NCBI GenBank assembly: GCA_030683705.1
Contig: JAUXPP010000118.1
Span: 5,164 to 69,163, forward strand
From: Polaromonas sp.
Lineage (GTDB): Bacteria; Pseudomonadota; Gammaproteobacteria; Burkholderiales; Burkholderiaceae_C
DNA length: 64,000 nt
Reading direction: 5' to 3'
In this document: positions 27,210 to 37,739 of the stretch, in pieces
Numbering within the stretch: position 1 is the first letter of the stretch
How the letters are laid out: each line of letters opens with the position of its first letter
Position numbers and translations under genes: made by a program
The notes under the pieces: generated by a model
What the model was told of the DNA's origin: nothing
Databases searched by the model: none
The model's input: only the letters and a program-made list of their open reading frames with translations

Positions 27210-28076
27210 GTGTCCGACACCCCCCCCAGTAGATCTTCCAAACCGGAAGACAAACGCGGCTTTCTGCAGAAGCTTGCCGAGATGCTCCACCCGGGGCCCG
27301 ATTCCAAAGACGAACTGATCGAAACCCTGGTCGAAGCCCAGGACAACGATGTCATCGGCGAGCAAAGCCGCGAAATGCTGGAAGGCGTGATCCGCATGGC
27401 CGACATGACGGCCGGCGACGTGATGGTGGCCGCGCCGCGCATGGATGCGGTCAATATCGACGCGCCTTTCGACGAGTTGCTGCACCTGGTGATCGACACC
27501 GCCCACTCGCGTTTTCCCGTTTATGAAAACGAGAAGGAAAACATCATCGGCATCCTGATGGCCAAGGACCTGCTCAAGCTGCAACGCGCCCCCGAGCTCA
27601 ACATCCGCGCGCTGCTGCGCCCGGCGGTGTTCGTGCCGGAAAGCAAGGGCCTGAACGACCTGCTGCGCGAGTTCCGCGGCAACCGCAACCACCTGGCCAT
27701 CGTGATCGACGAGTTCGGCCGCGTCGCCGGCCTGATCACGATTGAAGACGTGCTCGAGCAGATCGTCGGCGAGATCGAGGACGAGTTCGACATCGCCGAG
27801 GACGACGGCGACATCTTCGGCCTGTCCGACCACACCTACCGCGTCAGCGGCGACACCTCGATCGAGCGTGTCAGCGAGGCTTTTGGCGTGAAGCTGCTGG
27901 ATGCCGACTTCGAAACCATAGGCGGCCTGGTTGCGCACGAGATGGGCCATGTGCCCAAACGCGGCGAGGTGTATGTGCTGGCCGGCCTGCAGTTCACCGT
28001 GCTGCACACCAAGGGCGGCGCGGTGCGCTGGTTCAAGGTGTCGCCGGCCGCCGCTGCCGACGCCCCGGCTCCGTAA
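27210..28076 (+). CDS. corC: CorC/HlyC family CBS-domain protein
   Basis: AHSRFPVY, PESKGLNDLL, IDEFG..GLITIEDVLEQIVGEIEDEFD; adjacent to lnt. Confidence 0.9.
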   Translation: MSDTPPSRSSKPEDKRGFLQKLAEMLHPGPDSKDELIETLVEAQDNDVIGEQSREMLEGVIRMADMTAGDVMVAAPRMDAVNIDAPFDELLHLVIDTAHSRFPVYENEKENIIGILMAKDLLKLQRAPELNIRALLRPAVFVPESKGLNDLLREFRGNRNHLAIVIDEFGRVAGLITIEDVLEQIVGEIEDEFDIAEDDGDIFGLSDHTYRVSGDTSIERVSEAFGVKLLDADFETIGGLVAHEMGHVPKRGEVYVLAGLQFTVLHTKGGAVRWFKVSPAAAADAPAP

Positions 28077-28088
28077 AGACCCCGCAAC

Positions 28089-29732
28089 ATGGGACGGCAG
28101 ACCATCGACAGCATGATGTCTTCGATGCCGACCCTGCCGGCGCTGCTCGAACACATCGGCTACCCCAAACAGAAAAAGCATGGCCTGTCGGTGCTGCGCA
28201 TGCTGTGGGTGCTGCTCGCCGGCGCCGCCCACGCAGCCAGCATCGCCTGGCCCTTCGCCCTCGGCTTGCCGCAGGGCCAGCCGGTCTGGTGGCTGCAGTT
28301 GCTGGCGCTGGCCGGGCTGGCCTGGCAACTGGACCGCTGCAGGACGTTCCGCCACGGGCTGACGCTGGGCTGGCTGTTTGCCACGGCCTGGCTGTGCGGC
28401 ATTTTCTGGTGGCTGTTCATTTCGCTGCACACCTATGGCGGGCTGGCCTCTCCGCTGGCCGTGCTGGCGGTGCTCGGGCTGGCGGTTTTTCTGGGCACCT
28501 ACTACGCGCTGGCGAGCGCCGTGTATGTGGCCATCGCGCCAGCCGGCCGCACGCGCCGCGCGCTGGTGTTTGCGGCGCTGTGGCTGATGGCCGAACTGGC
28601 GCGCGTCCAGTTTTTCACCGGCTTTCCCTGGGGCCAGGCCGGTTACGCCCATTTGAGCGGCTGGCTCGACGACTACGCACGCTGGATCGGTGTGCATGGC
28701 ATCACTTTCCTGGCGGCGTTTCTGGCCGCCGGCCTGGCGGGCTGGGGCCAGTCGCGGCGCCAGGTCCTGCTGTTCCCGCTGACGGCGCTGGTGGTGGTGG
28801 TGGTGGGGGTCGCCCTCCTGGCTGGGCGCACCACGTCCACACCCGCGGGCAGCCTGCAGGTCACGCTGCTGCAGGGCAATATCCCGCAGAACGAAAAATT
28901 CCAGCCGGGCAGCGGTTTGCCGACCGCGCTGCGCTGGTACGCCGGGCAGTTGCAGGGCGCAAGAACCGCCCTGGTGGTGGCGCCCGAAACCGCCTTGCCG
29001 CTGTTGCCGCAGCAACTGCCGGAGGGCTACTGGTCCGCTTTGCAGTCGCGCTTTGCCACGGGCGGGCAGGCCGCGCTGATCGGCATTCCGCGCGGCAGCT
29101 ACGAGGCCGGTTACGCCAATTCGGTGGTGGGGCTGAAACCGGCACCGGTGGCGGGCGCGGCCGGCGCGGCGCCGGTTTATCACTTCGACAAAAACCACCT
29201 CGTGCCTTTTGGCGAATTTGTGCCCCCTGGCTTTCGCTGGTTCATCAACCTGATGAACATCCCGCTCGGCGACTTCAGCCGGGGCGCGCTGGGCCAGCCC
29301 TCCTTCGAGTGGCAGGGCCAGCGGCTGGCGCCCAACATCTGTTACGAGGATCTGTTCGGCGAAGAGCTGGCCGTGGCTTTTTCGGACGCGGCGGCGGCGC
29401 CCACCATCCTGGTCAACGTCAGCAACATCGGCTGGTTCGGCAACACGGTGGCGATTGACCAGCACCTGGCGATCTCGCGCATGCGTTCGCTGGAATTCGA
29501 GCGTCCCATGATCCGCGCCACCAACACCGGCGCCACCGTGATCATCGACCACACCGGACGGGTCACCCACGAATTGCCGCGCCACACGCGCGGCGCGCTG
29601 GTCGGCGAGGTCGAAGGCCGCAATGGCCTCACGCCCTATGCCTTATGGGTCTCGCGTTACGGGCTCTGGCCTTTCTGGGGCGGGGCCGGTGCCCTGGTGC
29701 TGCTGGCCTGGCTGGCGCGGCGCCGGCGTTGA
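28089..29732 (+). CDS. lnt: Apolipoprotein N-acyltransferase (start uncertain)
   Basis: TGFPW, QGNIPQ, PETA, KNHLVPFGEF, NICYEDLF, RATNTG. Confidence 0.93.
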   Translation: MGRQTIDSMMSSMPTLPALLEHIGYPKQKKHGLSVLRMLWVLLAGAAHAASIAWPFALGLPQGQPVWWLQLLALAGLAWQLDRCRTFRHGLTLGWLFATAWLCGIFWWLFISLHTYGGLASPLAVLAVLGLAVFLGTYYALASAVYVAIAPAGRTRRALVFAALWLMAELARVQFFTGFPWGQAGYAHLSGWLDDYARWIGVHGITFLAAFLAAGLAGWGQSRRQVLLFPLTALVVVVVGVALLAGRTTSTPAGSLQVTLLQGNIPQNEKFQPGSGLPTALRWYAGQLQGARTALVVAPETALPLLPQQLPEGYWSALQSRFATGGQAALIGIPRGSYEAGYANSVVGLKPAPVAGAAGAAPVYHFDKNHLVPFGEFVPPGFRWFINLMNIPLGDFSRGALGQPSFEWQGQRLAPNICYEDLFGEELAVAFSDAAAAPTILVNVSNIGWFGNTVAIDQHLAISRMRSLEFERPMIRATNTGATVIIDHTGRVTHELPRHTRGALVGEVEGRNGLTPYALWVSRYGLWPFWGGAGALVLLAWLARRRR

Positions 29733-29745
29733 TCGACGCCCGGAC

Positions 29746-29808
29746 GCTATCAAAACAGGAGCTGCCTGCGCTTTCCGGCTATGGGCTGGAGGCCGATCCG
29801 GCTTTAAA
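29746..29808 (+). repeat. Family A REP-like repeat between convergent genes
   Basis: GCTATCAAAACAGGAGCTGCCTGCGCTT..GGGCTGGAGGCCGATCCGGCTTTAA. Confidence 0.78.
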
Positions 29809-29810
29809 AA

Positions 29811-31571
29811 TCAGGGGGCGGCTTTTCCCATGCGCACCAGCCGCCCCGGACGTTCTGCAGTGATCTCGCCCTCGCGCTGCACCGCCACACCGGCCACCCA
29901 GGTCGCCACATAACCCTGGGCCTTTTGCAAAAAGCGTTTGCCGCCGGCCGGCAGGTCGCGCACCAGTACCGGCGTGCCCACGCTCAGGCGCTCTGGATCG
30001 ATCAGGTTGAGGTCGGCGCGCTGGCCGGGCGCGATCTCGCCGCGGTCGCTCAGGCCCAGATACTGCGCGTTGCGCCTTGTCAGCATCTCCACCGCGCGAC
30101 CCAGCGGCAGCTTGCCCTGCGCGCGGCCCAACACCCAGTGGGTCAGCATGAAGGTGGTGAAACTCGCGTCGCACACTGTGCCCACGTGCGCGCCGGCATC
30201 GCTGAGGCTGGACAACACGCGCGGATGGTCCAGCATCTGCCGCACCGTGTCCAGCGAGCCGCTGTTGTAGTTGAAGATCGGGAAATAAATCAGGTGACTG
30301 CCGTCGCCGCCGGCCAGGTGGTCGTACAGCGCTTCCAGCGGCGTGATGCCGCGCTGTTTGGCCCGCACCAGGAAACTTTGCATGACCGAGGGCTCGTAAT
30401 TGAGCTTGTCATCGAGCGGGAACATGCGCCCGCTGATCATGTCGATTCGCGCCAGCAGGATGTCCACCAGCGGCGGGATGGCCGTGCCGTCGCCGGCCAG
30501 GCGCTCTGATTTTTCGCCCAGGATGCGCGCCTTGCGTGCCGGCTCACGCAGCGCGGCTGCGCGTTCGGCCAGCGGCAGGTGGGCGATCTCCTTGTAGCCG
30601 GGGAAACCCATGAAGGGATGGAAACTCGCGTCCAGCCCGTTGATCACGCCGATGCCGCGCACCGCCGCCTGCAGAAACAAAGGCAGGCCGGCGGTCACTG
30701 CCTTGTCGACGCGTTCGCGGATCGCTTCGTACTGCTCGCCGCCCGGGTCGCGCTGCAGCCAGGTCATGGACAGCGGTTTGCCACTGGCACGCGCCATCTG
30801 CTCGACCAGGTCGAACTCGGCATCAAAACCTTGCGGTCCCTGGAGCAGGTTGAAATCGCTGACCACCTGCAACACGCCGTGCGCGATGCCGTCAAACGCG
30901 CCGGCCAGCCCGACCAGTTCGGCCGCCGTGGCTTCCGCGGCCGGTGTTTCCTTGCCTTCGGAGGTGCGGTGGTTGTCGCTGCGGCCGGTGCTGAAGCCGG
31001 CCGCGCCGGCCTGCAGCGCCTCGTGCAGCAAAGCGCGCATGGCGGCGATATCGTCAGCGGTGGCGACCTGTTTGGCCACCGCGCGTTCGCCCATCACATA
31101 CATGCGCAGCGGGTCGTGCGGCACCTGCACCAGGTAGTCCAGGCTGCGCGGGGTTTTCTCCAGCGCGTCCATGTATTGCGGAAAACTTTCCCAGTCCCAG
31201 CGTATGCCTTCGTGCAGCGCCGCGCCGGGAATGTCTTCCACGCCTTCCATCAGCTTGATCAGGTCGTCCTGGTGGCCGGGCCGCACTGGCGCAAAACCGA
31301 CGCCGCAATTGCCCATCACCAGCGTGGTCACGCCGTGATAAATGCTGGGCGTGAAATTCGCGTCCCAGGTCACCTGGCCGTCGTAGTGGGTGTGGATGTC
31401 GACAAAACCGGGGGTCAGCCACAGGCCGTGGGCATCCACGGTCTCGCGCGCGGCTTCGCTGATGGCGCCGACTTCCACGATGCGGCCGCCTTTCACGCCG
31501 ACATCGGCGACACAAGGCTCGCCGCCGCGGCCATCGATCACGGTGGCGCCCTTAACCAGAAGATCGAGCAT
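29811..31571 (-). CDS. N-acyl-D-amino-acid deacylase family amidohydrolase
   Basis: [37 protein letters not shown]. Confidence 0.9.
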   Translation of the reverse strand: MLDLLVKGATVIDGRGGEPCVADVGVKGGRIVEVGAISEAARETVDAHGLWLTPGFVDIHTHYDGQVTWDANFTPSIYHGVTTLVMGNCGVGFAPVRPGHQDDLIKLMEGVEDIPGAALHEGIRWDWESFPQYMDALEKTPRSLDYLVQVPHDPLRMYVMGERAVAKQVATADDIAAMRALLHEALQAGAAGFSTGRSDNHRTSEGKETPAAEATAAELVGLAGAFDGIAHGVLQVVSDFNLLQGPQGFDAEFDLVEQMARASGKPLSMTWLQRDPGGEQYEAIRERVDKAVTAGLPLFLQAAVRGIGVINGLDASFHPFMGFPGYKEIAHLPLAERAAALREPARKARILGEKSERLAGDGTAIPPLVDILLARIDMISGRMFPLDDKLNYEPSVMQSFLVRAKQRGITPLEALYDHLAGGDGSHLIYFPIFNYNSGSLDTVRQMLDHPRVLSSLSDAGAHVGTVCDASFTTFMLTHWVLGRAQGKLPLGRAVEMLTRRNAQYLGLSDRGEIAPGQRADLNLIDPERLSVGTPVLVRDLPAGGKRFLQKAQGYVATWVAGVAVQREGEITAERPGRLVRMGKAAP

Positions 31572-32427
31572 CTTGTTTCCTCCACCAGTAAACCATGGCC
31601 AGGCCGCTCACGATGTGCCAGATGCCCCACAGGCTGGCCACCGTGACCATGCCCAGGTCGCTGTTGAACTGCACACCGATGATGCCCAGCGCCAGCCCCG
31701 AATTCTGCATGCCGCCTTCTATCATCACGGCGCGGCGGTCTTTCTCGCTGACCCGCATGGCCACGCTGGTGAGCCAGCCGAAGAACAGCCCGCAGGCGTT
31801 GTGAATCACCACGATCAGCAGCGTGGGCAGCAGGCCCAGCGTCAGCAACTGCCGCTCCTTGATCAGGCCGGCCACGATGAACAGCAGCAGGCAGATCACG
31901 GCGAAATTTCCCAGCGGCTTGCGGATGCGCGCGGTCAGCATGGGCAGCTTGTGCGAAAACAGCAGGCCCAGCGTCATGGGCACGGCCAGCAACAGCAGCA
32001 GGCTCAGCCAGATACCCGAGGGATCGATGCTGAGTTCGCGCATCCAGGCCGCGGTGCCCGGGTTGGTGGCGATCATCCAGCTGAAGTTGAACGGCGTGGC
32101 CACCAGCGCGATCACGCTGGCCACGGCCGACACGCTGACCGACAGCGCGGTGTTGCCGCGTCCCAGGTGGGTGATCACATTGCTGAGGCTGCCGCCGGGG
32201 CAGGCCGCGACCAGGATCATCGCGGCCTCGACGTTGGGCGGCAGGTCCAGCAGCAGGGTGGCGGCCCAGGTGCCGACCGGCAGCAGGATGAATTGCGGAA
32301 TCAGCCCGCAGATCACCGCGCGCGGCGTTTTGGCCACACGCCGGAAGTCCTCGATGCGCAGCTCGAGTGCGACCGAAAAAACCATGGTTGCCAGGACCAG
32401 GGTGAGTATCAGTTGTTGTGTTGTCAT
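31552..32427 (-). CDS. Bile acid:sodium symporter family transporter
   Basis: QFILLP, CPGGSLSN, IEGGMQNSGLA, multiple TM helices; start at ATG 32427. Confidence 0.9.
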   Translation of the reverse strand: MTTQQLILTLVLATMVFSVALELRIEDFRRVAKTPRAVICGLIPQFILLPVGTWAATLLLDLPPNVEAAMILVAACPGGSLSNVITHLGRGNTALSVSVSAVASVIALVATPFNFSWMIATNPGTAAWMRELSIDPSGIWLSLLLLLAVPMTLGLLFSHKLPMLTARIRKPLGNFAVICLLLFIVAGLIKERQLLTLGLLPTLLIVVIHNACGLFFGWLTSVAMRVSEKDRRAVMIEGGMQNSGLALGIIGVQFNSDLGMVTVASLWGIWHIVSGLAMVYWWRKQDARSSG

Positions 32428-32543
32428 GGCACTTTCTCTGTGCCTGAGGGTAAACCGGAAAAAGCTCCGTAAAATCAAGGGTTTTCGCGGGTTCAGCCCG
32501 TGCGGTCCCTTATCCGCGACCCGGCGTCGCGGCACACCTATCT

Positions 32544-33449
32544 ATGTTGACCTTTCAGCAAATCATCTTGAAGTTGCAGTCCTACTGGGACGCGCAGGGC
32601 TGCGCGCTTTTGCAGCCCTATGACATGGAAGTCGGTGCCGGCACTTCGCACACCGCGACCTTTTTGCGCGCGCTCGGTCCCGAGCCCTGGAAGGCCGCCT
32701 ATGTGCAGCCGAGCCGCCGGCCCAAGGACGGCCGCTACGGCGAAAACCCGAACCGCCTGCAGCACTACTACCAGTACCAGGTGGTGCTCAAGCCGGCGCC
32801 GGCCAACATCCTGGAGCTGTATCTGGGCTCGCTGGAGGCACTGGGCTTCGACCTGAAAAAGAACGACATCCGGTTTGTCGAGGACGACTGGGAGAACCCG
32901 ACGCTGGGCGCCTGGGGCCTGGGCTGGGAGGTCTGGCTCAATGGCATGGAGGTCACGCAGTTCACCTACTTCCAGCAGGTCGGCGGCATCGACTGCAAAC
33001 CCATCACCGGTGAGATCACCTACGGCCTCGAGCGCCTGGCCATGTATTTGCAGGGCGTGGACAACGTCTACAACCTGAAGTGGACCGAGAACCTCAGTTA
33101 TGGCGATGTGTACAAACAGAACGAGGTCGAACAGTCGACCTACAACTTCGAGCACAGCGACGCGGACTTTTTGTTCACTGCCTTCAGCGCCCATGAAAAA
33201 CAGGCCAAACACCTCATTGATGTGAAACTGGCGCTGCCGGCCTATGAGCAGGTGCTCAAGGCCGCGCACAGCTTCAACCTGCTGGACGCGCGCGGCGCGA
33301 TCAGCGTGACCGAACGCGCCGCCTACATCGGCCGCATCCGCAACCTGGCGCGTGCGGTGGCGCAAAGTTATTACGAAAGCCGTGAACGCCTGGGCTTCCC
33401 GATGGCGCCGCGCGAGTGGGTGGAACAGATGACGAAGAAGGCTGCATAA
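32544..33449 (+). CDS. glyQ: Glycine--tRNA ligase alpha subunit
   Basis: [31 protein letters not shown]. Confidence 0.98.
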   Translation: MLTFQQIILKLQSYWDAQGCALLQPYDMEVGAGTSHTATFLRALGPEPWKAAYVQPSRRPKDGRYGENPNRLQHYYQYQVVLKPAPANILELYLGSLEALGFDLKKNDIRFVEDDWENPTLGAWGLGWEVWLNGMEVTQFTYFQQVGGIDCKPITGEITYGLERLAMYLQGVDNVYNLKWTENLSYGDVYKQNEVEQSTYNFEHSDADFLFTAFSAHEKQAKHLIDVKLALPAYEQVLKAAHSFNLLDARGAISVTERAAYIGRIRNLARAVAQSYYESRERLGFPMAPREWVEQMTKKAA

Positions 33450-33452
33450 GAC

Positions 33453-35555
33453 ATGACAACGAAGAACCTTCTGGTCGAATTGTTTGTGGAAGAGCTGCCG
33501 CCCAAGGCGCTCAAGAAACTCGGTGATGCCTTTGCCGTTGTGTTGTTCGAGCAGCTCCAGGCCCAGGGACTGACCGCGGCCGACTCGGTCTTGACCTCGT
33601 TTGCCTCGCCGCGTCGCCTCGGCGCCCATGTGACCGCGGTGGCTGCGCAGGGCGCCGACAAGGCGGTCTCGCAAAAACTGATGCCGGTGTCGGTGGGACT
33701 CGATGCCTCGGGCAATGCCACGCCCGCGCTGCTCAAAAAACTGCAGGCACTCGGCGCTGACGCGTCGGCCGTGGCCGGCCTCAAACGTGCGCCCGACGGC
33801 AAGGCCGAAGCGCTGTTTTACGACAGCACCGTCAAGGGGGCGACGCTGGTCGAAGGCCTGCAAAAGGCGCTGATCGAAGCAATTGCCAAACTGCCGATTC
33901 CCAAGGTCATGACCTATCAGCTCGCCGATGGCTGGAGCGACGTCAAGTTTGTGCGTCCCGCACACGGCCTGGTCGCGCTGCACGGCAGCGAGGTGGTCGC
34001 CATCGAGGCGCTGGGCCTGAAGGCCGGCAACAGCACCCGCGGCCACCGCTTTGAAGCGGCGGTCGATCCGGTGGTCCTGAAAGACGCCGACAGTTATGCG
34101 GCGACGCTGAAAGAGGACGGCGCAGTGATCGCCAGTTTTGCAGAGCGCAAGGCCGAGATCGAACAACAACTGGCCGCGGCCGCCGCCAAAGTCGGTGGCG
34201 GCGTCAAGGCGATCGACGATGACGCGCTGCTCGATGAGGTGACCGCGCTGGTCGAGCGCCCGAATGTGCTGGTCTGCGCATTCGAGAAAGAGTTTCTCGA
34301 CGTGCCGCAGGAATGCCTGATCCTGACGATGAAGGCCAACCAGAAGTACTTTCCGCTGCTCGAGGTGTCCGGCAAGCTCAGCAACCAGTTCCTGGTGGTC
34401 AGCAACATCAGCCCGGCTGACGCCAGTGCGGTGATAGGCGGCAACGAGCGGGTGGTCCGCCCGCGCCTGGCCGATGCCAAGTTCTTTTTCGACCAGGATC
34501 GCAAAAAAACCCTGGCTTCGCGCGTGGCGGGGCTGGACAAGGTGGTGTATCACAACAAGCTGGGTTCGCAGGGGGAACGCGTGCAGCGGGTACGCGCCAT
34601 TGCCGAAGCGATTGCCAACCGCCTCAATCCTCAACTGGTCGGCGACGTGCAGCGCGCTGCGGAGCTCGCGAAGACCGATCTGGTGACCGACATGGTCGGC
34701 GAGTTCCCCGAGCTTCAGGGCATCATGGGCCGGTATTACGCGCTCAACGACGGGCTCAGCGCCAATGTGGCCGATGCCATCGAAGACCACTACAAGCCGC
34801 GTTTTGCCGGCGACGAGTTGCCGCGCAACGATGTGGGCGTGGTGGTGGCGCTGGCCGACAAGCTCGAAACCCTGGTCGGCATGTTCGGCATCGGTAACTT
34901 GCCGACTGGCGACAAGGACCCGTTTGCGCTGCGCCGCCATGCGCTGGGCGTGATCCGCATGCTGGTGGAAAAAGACCTGCCTCTTGGGCTGGTGGAGCTG
35001 GTCGAAGCTGCCCAGCCTGTGTTTGGCGACAAGATCCAGGACGCTGTGGCTGCGCTGGTGGACTTCATCTATGACCGCTTCGCCGGTTCCCTGCGCGAGC
35101 AGGGCTACAGCGCCCAGGAAGTCGATGCCGTGCTGGCCCTGCGTCCGCAGCGCCTCGGCGATGTCGCCAAGCGCCTCGCCGCCGTGCGCGCCTTCGCGGC
35201 CTTGCCCGAAGCGCCCGCACTGGCCGCGGCCAACAAGCGCATTTCCAACATCCTCAAGAAGGCGCAGGACGTTGACGCCCATGTGAGCGAGCTGCTGCTC
35301 AAGGAGCCGGCCGAAATTGCCCTGTACGCCGCGCTGCGGGACCTGGTGCCCAGGGCCAACGCCCAGTTTGAGGCCGGCGACTACACCACGTCACTGCAAT
35401 CCCTCGCCGCCCTGCGCGCCCCGGTCGATGCCTTCTTCGACGGAGTGATGGTCAACGCCGAGGAGATGGACTTGCGCCTGAACCGGCAGGGCCTTCTCAA
35501 AAGCCTGCATGACGCCATGAACCGTGTGGCTGACCTGTCCAAACTTGCCGCCTGA
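33453..35555 (+). CDS. glyS: Glycine--tRNA ligase beta subunit
   Basis: EELPP, FVRP, RLADAKFF, EFPELQG, DPFALRR. Confidence 0.97.
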   Translation: MTTKNLLVELFVEELPPKALKKLGDAFAVVLFEQLQAQGLTAADSVLTSFASPRRLGAHVTAVAAQGADKAVSQKLMPVSVGLDASGNATPALLKKLQALGADASAVAGLKRAPDGKAEALFYDSTVKGATLVEGLQKALIEAIAKLPIPKVMTYQLADGWSDVKFVRPAHGLVALHGSEVVAIEALGLKAGNSTRGHRFEAAVDPVVLKDADSYAATLKEDGAVIASFAERKAEIEQQLAAAAAKVGGGVKAIDDDALLDEVTALVERPNVLVCAFEKEFLDVPQECLILTMKANQKYFPLLEVSGKLSNQFLVVSNISPADASAVIGGNERVVRPRLADAKFFFDQDRKKTLASRVAGLDKVVYHNKLGSQGERVQRVRAIAEAIANRLNPQLVGDVQRAAELAKTDLVTDMVGEFPELQGIMGRYYALNDGLSANVADAIEDHYKPRFAGDELPRNDVGVVVALADKLETLVGMFGIGNLPTGDKDPFALRRHALGVIRMLVEKDLPLGLVELVEAAQPVFGDKIQDAVAALVDFIYDRFAGSLREQGYSAQEVDAVLALRPQRLGDVAKRLAAVRAFAALPEAPALAAANKRISNILKKAQDVDAHVSELLLKEPAEIALYAALRDLVPRANAQFEAGDYTTSLQSLAALRAPVDAFFDGVMVNAEEMDLRLNRQGLLKSLHDAMNRVADLSKLAA

Positions 35556-35567
35556 GGCCGCGCCACC

Positions 35568-36317
35568 ATGATGGACCTCAAACTGGCATGGCGCGCGTGG
35601 AAGACGCGGCACCGGGACCAGGTGTTCGAATTGCGCGCGATCCGCGAGGCCTTGCGCCATGGCGGCGCGGCGCTGGACGTGGGCGCCAACAAGGGCAGCT
35701 ACCTGTACTCGATGGCGCGCTGGGCCGGCGCCTCGCCGGTGGTGGCGTTTGAGCCGCAGAGCCGGCTGGCGGCTTACCTGACGGGCGCCTGCGAGCGCTC
35801 CGGCCTGCGCAACGTCACCATCGAAAACCTGGCGCTGTCCAACCAGCAGGGCGAACTGAAGCTGTTTGTGCCGGGCGACAGCCATTCGCCCGGTGCTTCC
35901 CTGGAGGCCAGCATCGCCGAGAAAACCGATTGCCACACGGAAACCGTCCGTGTCACCACGCTGGACGCCTATGCGGCAGAAAAATTGCATGCACCCGTAC
36001 GTGCGATCAAGATCGATGTGGAAGGCCATGAGATGGCGGTGCTGCAGGGTGCGCTGGAACTGATCCGGCGCGACAAGCCGCTGCTGGTGGTGGAGTGCGA
36101 AGGCCGCCACCTGCCGGCCGGCAAGACCGTGCACGACTTCATCACGCTGGTGAGCTCGCTCGGTTACAGCGCGACCCTGGCCATGCCGGGCATCGGCGAG
36201 TTGCCGGCGGCCGGGTTTCGCGAAGCGCTGCACCAGAAGCAGGCCGGCGCGCGTTTCTGGGACGCCAAGGACTACTACAACAACTTCATTTTCAGACCCA
36301 TCGCGGAGCCCGCATGA
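35568..36317 (+). CDS. FkbM family methyltransferase
   Basis: DVGANKG, FEP, TTLD, KIDVEGHE..VLQGA. Confidence 0.9.
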   Translation: MMDLKLAWRAWKTRHRDQVFELRAIREALRHGGAALDVGANKGSYLYSMARWAGASPVVAFEPQSRLAAYLTGACERSGLRNVTIENLALSNQQGELKLFVPGDSHSPGASLEASIAEKTDCHTETVRVTTLDAYAAEKLHAPVRAIKIDVEGHEMAVLQGALELIRRDKPLLVVECEGRHLPAGKTVHDFITLVSSLGYSATLAMPGIGELPAAGFREALHQKQAGARFWDAKDYYNNFIFRPIAEPA

Positions 36318-36886
36318 AACTTGTCATCCTCGACCGCGACGGCACCATCAACCGCGACAGCGACGACTACGTCAAGGCGCCCGACGAGTGGGAACCGCTG
36401 CCGGGAGCGCTGGAAGCGATTGCGCGGCTGACACACGCCGGCTGGCACGTGGTGGTTGCGTCGAACCAGTCCGGCCTGGGCCGCGGGCTGTTCGACGTGG
36501 CCTCGCTCAACGCCATGCACGCCAAGATGCACAAGCTGCTGGCCGCGCTGGGAGGACGCATCGACGCGGTGTTTTATTGCCCGCACAGCCCGGAGGAAAG
36601 CTGCACCTGCCGCAAGCCGCTGCCCGGCCTGTTCGAGCAGATCGGTGCGCGTTTCGGCGTGCCGCTCAAGGGCGTGCCGACCGCCGGCGACTCGGTGCGC
36701 GACCTGCTGGCCGGCGCTGCTGCGGGCTGCGAGCCGCACCTGGTGCTGACCGGAAAATCCGCTGTGTATGCGGGCGGTGGCCAGCCGGACGGCTTGCCGC
36801 AGGGCACGCAGATACACGCCGACCTGGCCGCCTTTGTCGAGTTCCTGCTGAATCGCAGCAGCGCCGCTTCGCTGCCCAAACCATAG
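36314..36886 (+). CDS. gmhB: D-glycero-D-manno-heptose 1,7-bisphosphate phosphatase
   Basis: LDRDGTIN, SNQSG, CPH..CTCRKP; ATGA overlap with the previous gene. Confidence 0.93.
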   Translation: MKLVILDRDGTINRDSDDYVKAPDEWEPLPGALEAIARLTHAGWHVVVASNQSGLGRGLFDVASLNAMHAKMHKLLAALGGRIDAVFYCPHSPEESCTCRKPLPGLFEQIGARFGVPLKGVPTAGDSVRDLLAGAAAGCEPHLVLTGKSAVYAGGGQPDGLPQGTQIHADLAAFVEFLLNRSSAASLPKP

Positions 36887-36950
36887 CCGCCACCCTTGTC
36901 CTACAAGGGCTGCAAGCCTGAACCCCCGACGTCTACCGGAAACACCCATC

Positions 36951-37706
36951 ATGCCCCTGATCCGCTCCATCCTGCATCTCCTGTGGATGATCGTCACGGT
37001 GATCCCCTGGGCGCTGGTCGTCCTGGTGTTCTCGCTGTTCGGCAGCAGCACGCAGATCTACTGGCTGTGCGCCGGCTGGCTGCGCCTGGCCGTCAGCGGC
37101 GGCACCGTCATCCTCGGCATCAAAAACCGGGTGAGCGGCATGGAAAACCTGCCGACCGGCGAAAAAAGCGCGGCCGTGCTGCTGCTCAAGCACCAGAGCA
37201 CCTGGGAGACGTTTTCGATGCCGACGCTGATGCCGCACCCGCTGGCCTATGTGTTCAAGAAAGAGTTGCTTTACGTGCCGTTTTTTGGCTGGGCCATGGC
37301 CCGCATGGACATGATCCATATCGACCGCAGCCAGCGCGCCCAGGCTTTCAACAAGGTGGTCGAACAGGGCCGCCGTCTCATGAGCCAGGGCGTCTGGGTC
37401 ATCATGTTTCCCGAGGGCACACGCATAGAGCGCGGGCAGCAGGGCGTCTACAAGACCGGCGGCACGCGGCTGGCGATCGAAACCGGTGCACCGGTGATCC
37501 CGATCGCCGTGACCTCGGCCAAGTGCTGGCCGCGCAAGGCCTTCATCAAGAAGCCGGGCATTGTCGACATTTCCATCGGCAAACCGATCAGCAGCGTGGG
37601 CCGCAAGCCCGAGGAACTGATGCAGGAAGTCCAGGCCTGGATCGAAGCCGAGATGCGGCGGCTGGACCCTGAGGCCTACCCCGAGACAGCGACCACCCGT
37701 TTCTGA
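36951..37706 (+). CDS. plsC: 1-acyl-sn-glycerol-3-phosphate acyltransferase
   Basis: KHQSTWET, KKELL, FPEGTR. Confidence 0.88.
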   Translation: MPLIRSILHLLWMIVTVIPWALVVLVFSLFGSSTQIYWLCAGWLRLAVSGGTVILGIKNRVSGMENLPTGEKSAAVLLLKHQSTWETFSMPTLMPHPLAYVFKKELLYVPFFGWAMARMDMIHIDRSQRAQAFNKVVEQGRRLMSQGVWVIMFPEGTRIERGQQGVYKTGGTRLAIETGAPVIPIAVTSAKCWPRKAFIKKPGIVDISIGKPISSVGRKPEELMQEVQAWIEAEMRRLDPEAYPETATTRF

Positions 37707-37739
37707 CAGCTGCGGTTCAGGCAGCGGCGCTAAACTGCC

